Shown: positions 20,320 through 29,865 of the stretch, piece by piece
Position numbering within the stretch: position 1 is the stretch's first letter
How the letters are laid out: every line of letters begins with the position of its first letter
Source of the DNA: an uncultured Desulfocapsa sp.
GTDB taxonomy: Bacteria; Desulfobacterota; Desulfobulbia; Desulfobulbales; Desulfocapsaceae
DNA length: 64,000 nt
Assembly: GCA_947311475.1 (NCBI GenBank)
Contig: CAMZLK010000056.1
Coordinates: 33,765-97,764 of the forward strand
Direction of reading: 5' to 3'
Made by a program: the position numbers and the translations under genes
Notes under the pieces: generated by a model
Told to the model about the DNA's origin: nothing
Database searches by the model: none
The model's input: the letters and a program-made list of their open reading frames with translations, nothing else

Positions 20320-20643
20320 CTACATCTTCTGCAAAAGACTAATGAGTTCTTCTAATTCTGCAAGTTTTGCAGTCATAACAGCAGTTGATCCTCCACGACA
20401 ATCTGCTTCCATGGCTTCAGTTACTTCCCTGATACCTGAAAAACCTAAACTGGCGGCTGCACCTTTCATGGAGTGGGCACTTGACCGCCCCTTATCAGGG
20501 TCTCCATTTTCTATGCTTTGCTTTACAATTGCAAGATCAGAGAGTGATGATTCTTTAAAAATATCTATTAGTTCCTGTAACAGTTCTTCATCATCTGCGG
20601 CCTGTTCCAGAGCAAATGCTTTATCCCATTTCAAATCACTCAT
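20320..20643 (-). CDS. Stand-alone Hpt phosphotransfer protein
   Basis: AHSMKGAAASLG His box. ATG 20643 follows an AGGAG RBS. Confidence 0.85.
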   Translation of the reverse strand: MSDLKWDKAFALEQAADDEELLQELIDIFKESSLSDLAIVKQSIENGDPDKGRSSAHSMKGAAASLGFSGIREVTEAMEADCRGGSTAVMTAKLAELEELISLLQKM

Positions 20644-20731
20644 TTTAAACTCCTGTTTATACCTTTCCCAAGCAAAAGCATTCAATTAAGTAGAATCGAG
20701 CCTATCTAAGAAAAAGGGTATCATAATCCCC

Positions 20732-21376
20732 TCAAACATTGCAAATAGTATAATAAAAAGAAAGGACCTTTTCTATGGCCTCCCTGGTGATTATACCATC
20801 GCGAACAATTTCACATTCTTTTTGAGCCATGCATCTTAAAATCGTCGAGCCTTTACCACCAGGGCATACTCCGCCATCTAGAATACAGGCGATTTTATCT
20901 CCCCACTGTTGTCCAATCTCTTGAGCAGAAGTGATTGCTCCTGCGCCACTCATATTGGCACTGGTGGCAGTAATTGCCCTTCCCATGCAACTACAAAGCC
21001 TTTGAGCTATGGGATTTGAGGATATTCGAAGAGCAATTGAATTATCTTCACCTGTGAGTTTGCTCGAAACCGTCTCAAGTGCTGGAAAAATCAGTGTCAA
21101 AGGCCCCGGCCAAAATGATTCAATCAACGCTTCGTAAGGAGCAGGTGTTGATGAAACAAGTTGTGAAAGGGAGTTAATATCAGGTATCAAAAGAGATATT
21201 GCTTTCTCTTTGTCTCTTTTTTTGAGTGCGTAAAGGGACTCTATGGCCTGGTCATTTTCAGAATCAACTGCCAGGCCATAAAAAGTTTCAGTCGGATACG
21301 CTACGATTTTACCTTTCTTCAGGGAATCAATTGCTTTTGAAAAACACAATTCACTTGGCTGCAGGGAATAATTCAA
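20732..21376 (-). CDS. tsaC: L-threonylcarbamoyladenylate synthase (Sua5/TsaC/YrdC)
   Basis: YPTETFYGLA, K.R...K, FWPGPLTLI, ATSANMSG. Confidence 0.88.
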   Translation of the reverse strand: MNYSLQPSELCFSKAIDSLKKGKIVAYPTETFYGLAVDSENDQAIESLYALKKRDKEKAISLLIPDINSLSQLVSSTPAPYEALIESFWPGPLTLIFPALETVSSKLTGEDNSIALRISSNPIAQRLCSCMGRAITATSANMSGAGAITSAQEIGQQWGDKIACILDGGVCPGGKGSTILRCMAQKECEIVRDGIITREAIEKVLSFYYTICNV

Positions 21377-21382
21377 AACGGA

Positions 21383-23158
21383 CTATTTCTCTATACGTTT
21401 AGCTTTTTCCTCAACTTCCTTAGCCATGGCTATTTTGTATTCGGCAACTTTTGCGGCAAGTTCTTTATCATTAAGTGCCAATATCCGGGCAGCGAGAACA
21501 GCAGCATTATGGGCACCTGATTTTCCAATGCCCATGGTTGCAACTGGCACGCCTGGAGGCATTTGAACCGTTGCCAGAAGTGCATCCATTCCATTTAGCG
21601 GAGAAGCATCCAGTGGGACACCAATCACAGGTAAATCAGTATGTGCGGCAAGAACACCAGCCAAATGAGCCGCCATACCGGCACCTGCAATAATTAATTT
21701 AACCCCTTTTTCCCGAGCAGTGGCGGCAAAGAGAGCAGCACGCTCAGGAGTACGATGAGCGGATGCCACTGTCATCTCAAAAGGAATACCCATTGAAGTC
21801 AGGAAATCAGCCGCAGCTTTCATAACAGGGAGGTCAGAATCACTTCCCATTACAATACCCACCACAGGTTTAGCATCCAGTTCCTGTCTTGTAGATAAGG
21901 CTTTTGCACCAATATCAGTTCTGAAAAATGAACCAGTCCATGATATCTGATCCACAGCCTTATAGGCTGCATTAATAGCTTTCTCCAGGTCTTTAGCAAC
22001 TGCTGTAACGCCAAGTACCCGGCCACCAGCCGAAGATACCCGACCATTTTTAATGCTTGTTCCTGCATGGAACACAACCACCCCCCTCACAGCTGAGGCT
22101 TTTTTCAGTCCTCTAATAACCTTTCCTGTAGTATACCTTCCAGGGTAGCCACCTGATGCCATCACAACACAAACAGTTGGACGAGGATCAATTTTCATAT
22201 CCACCTGATCAAGACGTTCGTCGATCACCGCATCAAAAATATCCACAACATCACTTTTTAAACGCATCAGAAGCGGTTGCGCTTCAGGATCGCCAAAACG
22301 GCAGTTAAACTCCAGCACGTTTACTTTATCTCCATCAATCATCAAACCGGCGTAGAGCATCCCTTTATACGGCCGTCCTTCTTTGGCCATACCTTTTATT
22401 GTTGGCAGCATAACCTTTTTCATAACATAATCTGCTATTTTTTCAGTTACCACTGGAGCTGGTGAATATGCTCCCATTCCTCCGGTATTTGGCCCCTTAT
22501 CACCATTATAAACGGCTTTATGATCCTGAGATGTTGGTAAGGGTAAAATTGTTTTTCCATCAGTAAACGCAATAAAGGATGCCTCTTCTCCTTTTAAACA
22601 TTCTTCTACGATGAGTTTATTCCCGGCTTCACCAAAAGCTTTATCTTTCATTATTAAATCGACTGCGTCTTTGGCTTCCTGAGTGGTTAATGCAACAATA
22701 ACACCCTTCCCCGCTGCCAATCCATCTGCCTTCACAACCAGTGGAGCGCCATGCTTATCAATATATTTTTTAGCTTTTTTGCTATCCTTAAAAACCTTAA
22801 ATTTTGCTGAAGGGATTTTATACTTTTTGAGAAATTCTTTTGTATATACTTTACTGCCTTCCAGTATGGCTCCTTCCTGAGATGGACCAAATATTCTAAG
22901 GCCTTCTGCCTCAAACACATCCACAATTCCTGCTGTCAGGGAAAGTTCAGGACCAACCACTGTTAAATCAATTTTTTCCTCTTTGGCAAAACTTACCAAT
23001 CCGTCCACATCCGTAGCACTTAAATCAACACATTCTGCCATGCGTTTAATACCAGCATTACCTGGGGCACAATATATTTTACTTACTCGTGAACTTTGGA
23101 GGATCTTCCAAACCAGCGCGTGCTCACGACCGCCTGACCCAATAACGAGAACTTTCAT
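21383..23158 (-). CDS. purD: Fused phosphoribosylamine-glycine ligase (PurD) / AIR carboxylase-mutase (PurE)
   Basis: GSGGREHAL, KADGLAAGKGV, GPNTGGMGAY, EFNCRFGDPE, FRTDIG (PurD), then GIVMGSDSD, SAHRTP, AAHLAG, VQMPPGVPVAT (PurE) in one frame. Confidence 0.93.
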   Translation of the reverse strand: MKVLVIGSGGREHALVWKILQSSRVSKIYCAPGNAGIKRMAECVDLSATDVDGLVSFAKEEKIDLTVVGPELSLTAGIVDVFEAEGLRIFGPSQEGAILEGSKVYTKEFLKKYKIPSAKFKVFKDSKKAKKYIDKHGAPLVVKADGLAAGKGVIVALTTQEAKDAVDLIMKDKAFGEAGNKLIVEECLKGEEASFIAFTDGKTILPLPTSQDHKAVYNGDKGPNTGGMGAYSPAPVVTEKIADYVMKKVMLPTIKGMAKEGRPYKGMLYAGLMIDGDKVNVLEFNCRFGDPEAQPLLMRLKSDVVDIFDAVIDERLDQVDMKIDPRPTVCVVMASGGYPGRYTTGKVIRGLKKASAVRGVVVFHAGTSIKNGRVSSAGGRVLGVTAVAKDLEKAINAAYKAVDQISWTGSFFRTDIGAKALSTRQELDAKPVVGIVMGSDSDLPVMKAAADFLTSMGIPFEMTVASAHRTPERAALFAATAREKGVKLIIAGAGMAAHLAGVLAAHTDLPVIGVPLDASPLNGMDALLATVQMPPGVPVATMGIGKSGAHNAAVLAARILALNDKELAAKVAEYKIAMAKEVEEKAKRIEK

Positions 23159-23318
23159 ATTTTCACTCCTGATAATAATTAACAGTAAGCCCTGTATAAC
23201 AGGGAGTACCTGAAGATTAACGATTTCATATGTCTACCTGGAACAATATCTACAAATAGTTTCAGGATGTTGACTGATAATTTCAAAAGAAAAAAGTTGT
23301 AAATGTAAAGGCAAATGA

Positions 23319-23346
23319 TTGACAATTCTGCTGAAAAATATATAAT
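23319..23346 (+). promoter_or_regulatory. Consensus sigma70 promoter of the TetR gene
   Basis: TTGACA-16 nt-TATAAT. Confidence 0.75.
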
Positions 23347-23368
23347 GAATGAGTAACCATTCATTATA
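23341..23368. promoter_or_regulatory. Palindromic operator (FadR/YsiA-like box) overlapping the -10 element
   Basis: TATAATGAATG-AGTAAC-CATTCATTATA, a perfect 11-bp inverted repeat. Confidence 0.7.
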
Positions 23369-23430
23369 TAGTCCTTTATTATTTTTTCAAGTTCCAAAGT
23401 TCTGATGAATCTGAAAGATCTCAAACACTC

Positions 23431-24030
23431 ATGAAAGCCTCAAATAAACATTCAAAGATAATTCACTCTGCAACAAAAGTCTTTGCAAAAAAAGGATTTT
23501 TCAACGCCAGAATATCCGATATCGCTAAAGAGGCCAAGGTGGCTGATGGCACTATTTACCTTTACTTCAACAATAAATTCGATATTCTTATTTCAGTATT
23601 TGAGGAAGAGATAGGGAGTTTGATTGAGCAGGTAAAAAAACTCCTTGCAGCAGAAGAAGATCCCAGAAAAATGTTAGAAATTTTTGCAAAAAAACATCTT
23701 ACAGTGATGAAAAAGAATAAGAACCTTGCAGAAGTTATTCAGATCGAACTTAGACAAAGTGCCAAGCTGATAAAAGATTATCGGAATAATAAATTCAGTG
23801 AATATCTAAGTATTATCTCGACAATCATAAAACTTGGGCAGGAACAGAATATTTACAGGTCTTCCATTCGTCCAGGTATCGCAAAACGGGCTTTTTTTGG
23901 TGCCCTAGACGAAATATCACGTATTTGGACTGTCGGTAAAACAACCGAGTACACAGTTGAAGAGACAACTCAACAGGTTCTTGAAATATTTCTCTGCGGG
24001 ATTCTGGAACCCGATGCCCCCATGCATTGA
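23431..24030 (+). CDS. TetR/AcrR-family regulator, FadR(YsiA)-like
   Basis: IAKEAKVADGTIYLYF HTH and LAEVIQIELRQS segment resembling Bacillus FadR. Confidence 0.85.
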   Translation: MKASNKHSKIIHSATKVFAKKGFFNARISDIAKEAKVADGTIYLYFNNKFDILISVFEEEIGSLIEQVKKLLAAEEDPRKMLEIFAKKHLTVMKKNKNLAEVIQIELRQSAKLIKDYRNNKFSEYLSIISTIIKLGQEQNIYRSSIRPGIAKRAFFGALDEISRIWTVGKTTEYTVEETTQQVLEIFLCGILEPDAPMH

Positions 24031-24069
24031 TCCCATTTGATAAATCTCTACTTGGATCATCCTGTTTCA

Positions 24070-24555
24070 TTAATTAAATGACGAGGGAGAAATAGAAACC
24101 ACTTCAAATTCTCTTTTGCCTCCAGGCGTTTTGGTCATGACATCGTCTCCTACTTCTTTTCCAAGAATACTTCTTCCCAGTGGTGAGAAGACCGAAATTG
24201 AGCCTTTCTTCACGTCAGCTTCTTCAGATCCCAACAACTGATACGAAACCTCTTCGTCGGTATCCATATCAAGTAATTCCACAACTGTACCAAAAACTGC
24301 CCTCGAGCAATCCACTTTTACACAGTCAATAACCTCAGCCCTACCGAGCTTGTCTTTCAAGTCCATTATCCGACCTTCAATCATTCCCTGACGTTCTTTG
24401 GCGGCGTGGTACTCTGCGTTTTCTTTGAGGTCACCATGTTCTCTTGCTATCTCAATCGCCTTAACAACAACATGTCTCTCAACACGCTCAAGATTATTCA
24501 ACTCTTCTTTTAGTTTAAGATATCCTGTTTTTGACATCGGTATACGCTCAACCAT
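24070..24555 (-). CDS. greA: Transcription elongation factor GreA
   Basis: AREHGDLKENAEYHAAKE, ISVFSPLGRSILGK. ATG 24555 follows GGAGG. Confidence 0.93.
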   Translation of the reverse strand: MVERIPMSKTGYLKLKEELNNLERVERHVVVKAIEIAREHGDLKENAEYHAAKERQGMIEGRIMDLKDKLGRAEVIDCVKVDCSRAVFGTVVELLDMDTDEEVSYQLLGSEEADVKKGSISVFSPLGRSILGKEVGDDVMTKTPGGKREFEVVSISPSSFN

Positions 24556-24636
24556 TACTGCCTCCAAATAAAAAAACAAAATCCTGCAAAACATGACGTT
24601 TTACAGGAAAATTATAGAAAAATAAATACATTCCAG

Positions 24637-27600
24637 TTACCAGCGATAGATCAGAGACCCCATAAACCGAGTTTCCTGAACTTCAGATCCATCTATCACT
24701 TCAACACTGCTATTTAATAAAAAATGTCTGCTCATTTCAAGGAAAATCTGTGCCTTTGCTTCATGAGTATCATAGCCTCCAGAATCATAGCCAAAAGAAT
24801 ATTCAAGGGTATAATAACTTGGCGCTCCCCTTCCAAGAACATTCTCAGCCAGTTGATGTTCAAAAGAAACCGTAAAAAGATGCTGCCAATATTCTTTTGG
24901 CGTCCAATAGGGGTGATCTCCTGATGCAAAACCGGATTCAATTGAAAAATTGGGTTTCGTATTCCCTTCATCATTATGGATAATTTCGTATCCATAACGA
25001 AATTGAAGTAATGTTGGTTCGCTAATCAAGGTATAAGAAGACCAGAGTTCATATTTATTCTGATGGTTGCCATCTGAATATTCACTAAAGATATATTCCC
25101 CACCACCAAATAGACGCGGGAGAAGATCAATCCTGATTCCAGCCTCATACTCTTTTTGGTGAATACCGGTTCTTAAGGCCTCAAGGGTATCATCAACCAC
25201 ATCTTGAGATAGGCTCAATGAGCCAACTACCATATCTCCCAAACGGCCATTGATCTGCAAATCATAAAGGAATGTATTTTTATAATCTTCATCATCTTTA
25301 TAATCAAAGCCAACAGATACAATAAAGTCCAGATCGTAGACAGGACTCCATTGCATCCGACCGTTTATCCGATTCCGCCACAGATTTTCATCGAGAAGAA
25401 ATGATTCATCATATACACGTTGTACGTCCAGCTGAAATTCATACTGGGGTGTGGGGAATAACATAGTCCGAAGCCCTGCAACACGTTCTTTATTATCATA
25501 ATAATCATCCCTCCCCTCTTTCGTTTTAAATTCAAAAAGAGGCATAACCCGAGCCTTTCGCTTAAGACTGTTACGTTGGATAGCATCATCAAGATCAGGA
25601 TATCCAGGGCTTTCTTTTTTGATAATCTCATACAGAGCAGCTTCTTTTCCAGAAAAGCCAAGACGACTGTAAACACCGGCAAGATCATATAGACTTTCAG
25701 GCGATGAATCTTCAGATAAAATATTCTGATATTCTTTCATGGCCTGATAAAAGTTTCCATCGACCATTGCTTGCCTCACTGACAGTTCATTACTGACCAT
25801 CTGTTGCCAACGATAACTGGAATAAAAGCTTGCGGCAATTTGAGCAACGGGTTTGTCAAAGTTTTCACAAGTGAATTCCGGACTCATAACAACGTCTAAT
25901 CGGTCAGGTTCTGCCGGGTTGGTAAAAGTGATAATGTTAAGGAATGTTTTTTCGGGTGGAGGCAAAAGTAATTCAATGTTTCTTGAAATCAGTTGCTCTG
26001 AAAAAGCTCGATCCACCGGAGGATTAAGTAAAGAATGGTACAGTGTCAAGGCGTCATTATGCCTTTTATCTGCCCAGAAAGCACGGGCAAGAAGTAATTT
26101 TTGGCCAACAGGCAAAGACTCGATTTCCGGAACATCTTTGCGCACGCTCAAGGTACCATCTGTCCCTTTTATTGATTTCCATTCAGGGGCAAGCTCCTCG
26201 ATCAATTCCTTGAACCTGGAATTTTTGAACTGTAATTGTAAAACATTTTGCCTGAAATCCTCTTCACGAGGATACTCAGTGGATAAGATTTTGAATTGTG
26301 CAAGTGATGTGAAATCATCCCCTGTGATCTGGAGTAATTCTGCCTTTAACAGTCGTGCCTGTAAGGAATCTGGAAATTGAAGAAGGTACTTTTCACATAG
26401 AACAAGTGCCGTTTGATATTCCCCATATTTTTTGTATATACGTGAACGATCAGAAAGTGCAATAACAGGCTGCTGGCCATCATTAATAAGAACAAAGGAT
26501 TCTTCTTTATCCAGTAAATATTTGTTATTTATCCTCAAGAGAATTTCTGATTCCATATCACTCGGGGAGACACGGATAAGCTGTTCAAGAATATCCTTGG
26601 ATTTCTCGAAATCTTTTCCTTTAAAGTAGAGTTCAGCAAGTTTTGAGTGAAGAACATGCGATTGATTTAGCTGGTCTGCACTTCCTTTTTCAAGGATCTG
26701 CTCCAGATAATCCTCAACCATTTCAGTTGCAGTTTCTACCTGGTCTGACTGTTCCAAAATGGATACTTTTTCGATAAATAGATCCAAAGACGCCTGTGGG
26801 TTCCCTTTGTTCGAGGCTTTTGATTCTGAAACTAAAAATTCATACCATTTCCATGCACTGTCCCAATCTTTTTGCAATAGATTCGTCTGAATAAGTTCGT
26901 AGATACTCTCAACTCTACGCTTACTTCCCGTTAATAACAGTCTTAGTTTTTGCTCTGCCTCAAAATATTTCTCTTCAGAAAGAAGAATCCGAATCTTCTG
27001 AAGGTTAATGGAATCATACTCACTTTCATTGAGAGCCAGTTTTTCCTGGAAGACATCATAAAAATGTTTTGCCTGGGAAAAAAGCTTATTATGAACCAAA
27101 GCATCTCCGTATATAAAATTCCCTTGCTTACGGACATCCTTGTGATTGGATTTTTGAGGAAGAAGACTATAAAAAAAATTTAGCTTTTTTATGAGTCCTA
27201 CTTCTCCTGAACGTTTAATACATTGTAAAATCAAAGGAAAATCATCGGGAACCTGTAAAAGGTATTGTTTATAGTATTCCAGTGAACGGGCATAATCCCA
27301 TGTCTGTTCAGCAATGGCCGCCCTCAGAAAAAAGTATTCTTTAGCATGTTGTTGCGCAGGTTGTAATAAGTCAAGGGTCTTTGTCGATGCAGCACTCTGC
27401 CCCAGGTCAAAGTAGAGCATGGCTAACTTTAAGAGCATCCCCTGATCTTCCGGGTTGTGACTTTGTATAATTTGCAATACTTCCAGTAATTCTTTTTTCT
27501 TGCCTAATTTTTCCAGTTGTTCAGCCATGGAATAATACACTGCCAGGCGATCAGGAATAACTCTTGCCAAATCCCTCCATAAATTCCACGCCCCTTCATT

Positions 27601-28686
27601 CTCAACGATTACAAGAAGGTCATTGGCGAGAATTGCTTGAATACGCTTAATCTCAGAGGCCACATGTTTATCTGTTAAATTTCTTTTTCGATATTCATCA
27701 TAGTAATAGAGAGCCTTATCTGGACGACCTTCCTCATAAAGATATATTTTTCCAATCTGTAAAAATATCTGAGGGTTTTCTTCTCCATGGGCGATACGAA
27801 CAAGAAGATGGCTCAAGGCCTCATGTCCGAGGTTATTTTTAAGATAATACAAGGAGAGCTTTTTATGATAATCAATATAGAATGGATGATATTTCAGATA
27901 CCCCAGCCAACATTTCAGAGACATGTCTGCATCTTGTGCAGACACAAAAAGAGGCTCACTTTCCAAGAAATCCACCTCCGTCCCTCCGAATTCGTTGATA
28001 AGCGTTTTGTAATAGTTTCTTGCCTTTACATTATACCCAAGTTTTTTATTCAAACTTGCAAGTTGCCTGATAAAGCTTTCTTCGTGTGGTATGAGAAGAT
28101 ACAACTGCTCCATTAGCGAGTTAGCCATTTCATTGCGCCCCATCTTCTGCAATGCGTAAATTTGTCCTCTCAATGCCTCGATGGAAAAGGGGCTATCGGG
28201 TGACCTGCTGTAGACTTGGCCTAGGTATTTAGCTGCCTTCTGGTATCTTTTTTGAGCCTGTGCAACACGGCCAGCATAAAGCAAATATTCCAATGACGTT
28301 GGATCAATTTCCAGAAGTTTCCGACAAGTTTTACCAGCCTCCTGCCATTGTTTCAGATCCATCGAAACAACGACGTATTCTCTTAAGGCCTCTTCAATTT
28401 GTGGTTTTTCCTGGAAGAGTTTTTTATACAGCCGAACCGCATCTTGTTTATTATTGCTCTTAACAGCAGAACGTGCTTTTCCCCAAAGTTCCATCCACAA
28501 AGGTTGTCCCTTGTGGTTTTTAAGAACCACCTCGTGGCTTACAGATATTTCTGAGACATTCACGGACTCAGCACTGAGCAACATTTGGGGGAAGAAAAGA
28601 ACACTACACAAGGATATTGCAAGTGATGAATAAAGAATAAAAGGAAATTTATTTCCAATCATACAGTCACAAATTTTTAAAATCAC
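24637..28686 (-). CDS. Large TPR protein with predicted C-terminal outer-membrane beta-barrel
   Basis: About 1000 aa of TPR-like helices, then about 330 aa of alternating strands ending ...GSLIYRW (terminal aromatic). N-terminal hydrophobic segment; the start may be 28662. Confidence 0.7.
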   Translation of the reverse strand: MILKICDCMIGNKFPFILYSSLAISLCSVLFFPQMLLSAESVNVSEISVSHEVVLKNHKGQPLWMELWGKARSAVKSNNKQDAVRLYKKLFQEKPQIEEALREYVVVSMDLKQWQEAGKTCRKLLEIDPTSLEYLLYAGRVAQAQKRYQKAAKYLGQVYSRSPDSPFSIEALRGQIYALQKMGRNEMANSLMEQLYLLIPHEESFIRQLASLNKKLGYNVKARNYYKTLINEFGGTEVDFLESEPLFVSAQDADMSLKCWLGYLKYHPFYIDYHKKLSLYYLKNNLGHEALSHLLVRIAHGEENPQIFLQIGKIYLYEEGRPDKALYYYDEYRKRNLTDKHVASEIKRIQAILANDLLVIVENEGAWNLWRDLARVIPDRLAVYYSMAEQLEKLGKKKELLEVLQIIQSHNPEDQGMLLKLAMLYFDLGQSAASTKTLDLLQPAQQHAKEYFFLRAAIAEQTWDYARSLEYYKQYLLQVPDDFPLILQCIKRSGEVGLIKKLNFFYSLLPQKSNHKDVRKQGNFIYGDALVHNKLFSQAKHFYDVFQEKLALNESEYDSINLQKIRILLSEEKYFEAEQKLRLLLTGSKRRVESIYELIQTNLLQKDWDSAWKWYEFLVSESKASNKGNPQASLDLFIEKVSILEQSDQVETATEMVEDYLEQILEKGSADQLNQSHVLHSKLAELYFKGKDFEKSKDILEQLIRVSPSDMESEILLRINNKYLLDKEESFVLINDGQQPVIALSDRSRIYKKYGEYQTALVLCEKYLLQFPDSLQARLLKAELLQITGDDFTSLAQFKILSTEYPREEDFRQNVLQLQFKNSRFKELIEELAPEWKSIKGTDGTLSVRKDVPEIESLPVGQKLLLARAFWADKRHNDALTLYHSLLNPPVDRAFSEQLISRNIELLLPPPEKTFLNIITFTNPAEPDRLDVVMSPEFTCENFDKPVAQIAASFYSSYRWQQMVSNELSVRQAMVDGNFYQAMKEYQNILSEDSSPESLYDLAGVYSRLGFSGKEAALYEIIKKESPGYPDLDDAIQRNSLKRKARVMPLFEFKTKEGRDDYYDNKERVAGLRTMLFPTPQYEFQLDVQRVYDESFLLDENLWRNRINGRMQWSPVYDLDFIVSVGFDYKDDEDYKNTFLYDLQINGRLGDMVVGSLSLSQDVVDDTLEALRTGIHQKEYEAGIRIDLLPRLFGGGEYIFSEYSDGNHQNKYELWSSYTLISEPTLLQFRYGYEIIHNDEGNTKPNFSIESGFASGDHPYWTPKEYWQHLFTVSFEHQLAENVLGRGAPSYYTLEYSFGYDSGGYDTHEAKAQIFLEMSRHFLLNSSVEVIDGSEVQETRFMGSLIYRW

Positions 28687-28689
28687 ATT

Positions 28690-29865
28690 TTAAGATCGGT
28701 AAAATTCCACTATTTTCCCAACCACATATGCCTGCATTTCTGAGGTTAATTCAGGATAGATTGGTAGCGCGATGGTGCTGCGAGCAGCTTTTTCAGAGTG
28801 AGGTAAAGATGGTTTCTCAATGAGCCCTTCAAGGCATTCCTGTTCGTGAAGACAGAGCGGGTAGTATATTTCGCAACCAATATCCTGAGAACGAAGCCAA
28901 TCGATCAACCCATCTCTGTTGTTTGCCGTGATAATATATTGATTATAAATATGATAATTGTTACTGCCTGTGGATTTTTCAGCCAGATCTTTATAAACAG
29001 CAATTGGCAGCTTAAGCTTTCCTTCCATGATCAGGGAAGATTCAGCAAATAAAGAATTATAGGTCTCAGCATTTTCTCGTCTCGAGGCATGCCATTTTTC
29101 GAGGTGTTTTAATTTAATTCGTAACACTGCCGCCTGGATAGGATCAAGACGAAAATTACCTCCAATTTTTGAGTGATAGTATTTTGGTTCTGCACCATGA
29201 TTGCGCAATTTCCGAACCAACCTACCGAAATTACTGTCATTACTGACAAGCATCCCGCCATCCCCCATACCTCCCAGGTTTTTACTTGGGAAAAAGGAAA
29301 AACAACCAGCAAGTCCCATGGAACCACTTCTATGCCAGTTCCCTTTTACATCTGGATATTCTGCACCTATTGCCTGGGCAGCATCTTCTATCACAGGAAC
29401 AGAATATTTTTCAGACAGTGCCATGATGGCTGTCATGTCGGCACATTGCCCGTATAAATGTACAGGTATGATTGCCTTTATGTTCTTTTCGGTATCGTTC
29501 TCAAGAACACGTGCCATATCAACTGGATCAATATTAAAGGATACAGGATCGATGTCGGCAAATATCGGCCTCGCACCACATCTTAATATGACCCCCATGG
29601 TGGCAAAGAAAGAATAGGATGTTGTAAGAACATAATCCCCCGGACCAATATCCAATGCCATAAGAGCGACAAGAAGTGCATCCGTTCCGCTAGACACACC
29701 AATGGCACTTTTTGTGTCACAATATTCAGCAACTTCATCTTCCAGACCTGTAACCTCAGGCCCTTGAATATACCTCGTTGAATCAATAACTTTTGTCACT
29801 GTAGCAATGATTTCTTCCCGCAGTGGTTTTAACTGGCTTCCGAGATCCAGTAATGGGACTTTCAT
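28690..29865 (-). CDS. DegT/DnrJ/EryC1/StrS PLP aminotransferase
   Basis: VSSGTDAL, PVHLYGQ, EDAAQAIG, FSFFPSKNLG, NFRLDPIQAA. Confidence 0.92.
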   Translation of the reverse strand: MKVPLLDLGSQLKPLREEIIATVTKVIDSTRYIQGPEVTGLEDEVAEYCDTKSAIGVSSGTDALLVALMALDIGPGDYVLTTSYSFFATMGVILRCGARPIFADIDPVSFNIDPVDMARVLENDTEKNIKAIIPVHLYGQCADMTAIMALSEKYSVPVIEDAAQAIGAEYPDVKGNWHRSGSMGLAGCFSFFPSKNLGGMGDGGMLVSNDSNFGRLVRKLRNHGAEPKYYHSKIGGNFRLDPIQAAVLRIKLKHLEKWHASRRENAETYNSLFAESSLIMEGKLKLPIAVYKDLAEKSTGSNNYHIYNQYIITANNRDGLIDWLRSQDIGCEIYYPLCLHEQECLEGLIEKPSLPHSEKAARSTIALPIYPELTSEMQAYVVGKIVEFYRS

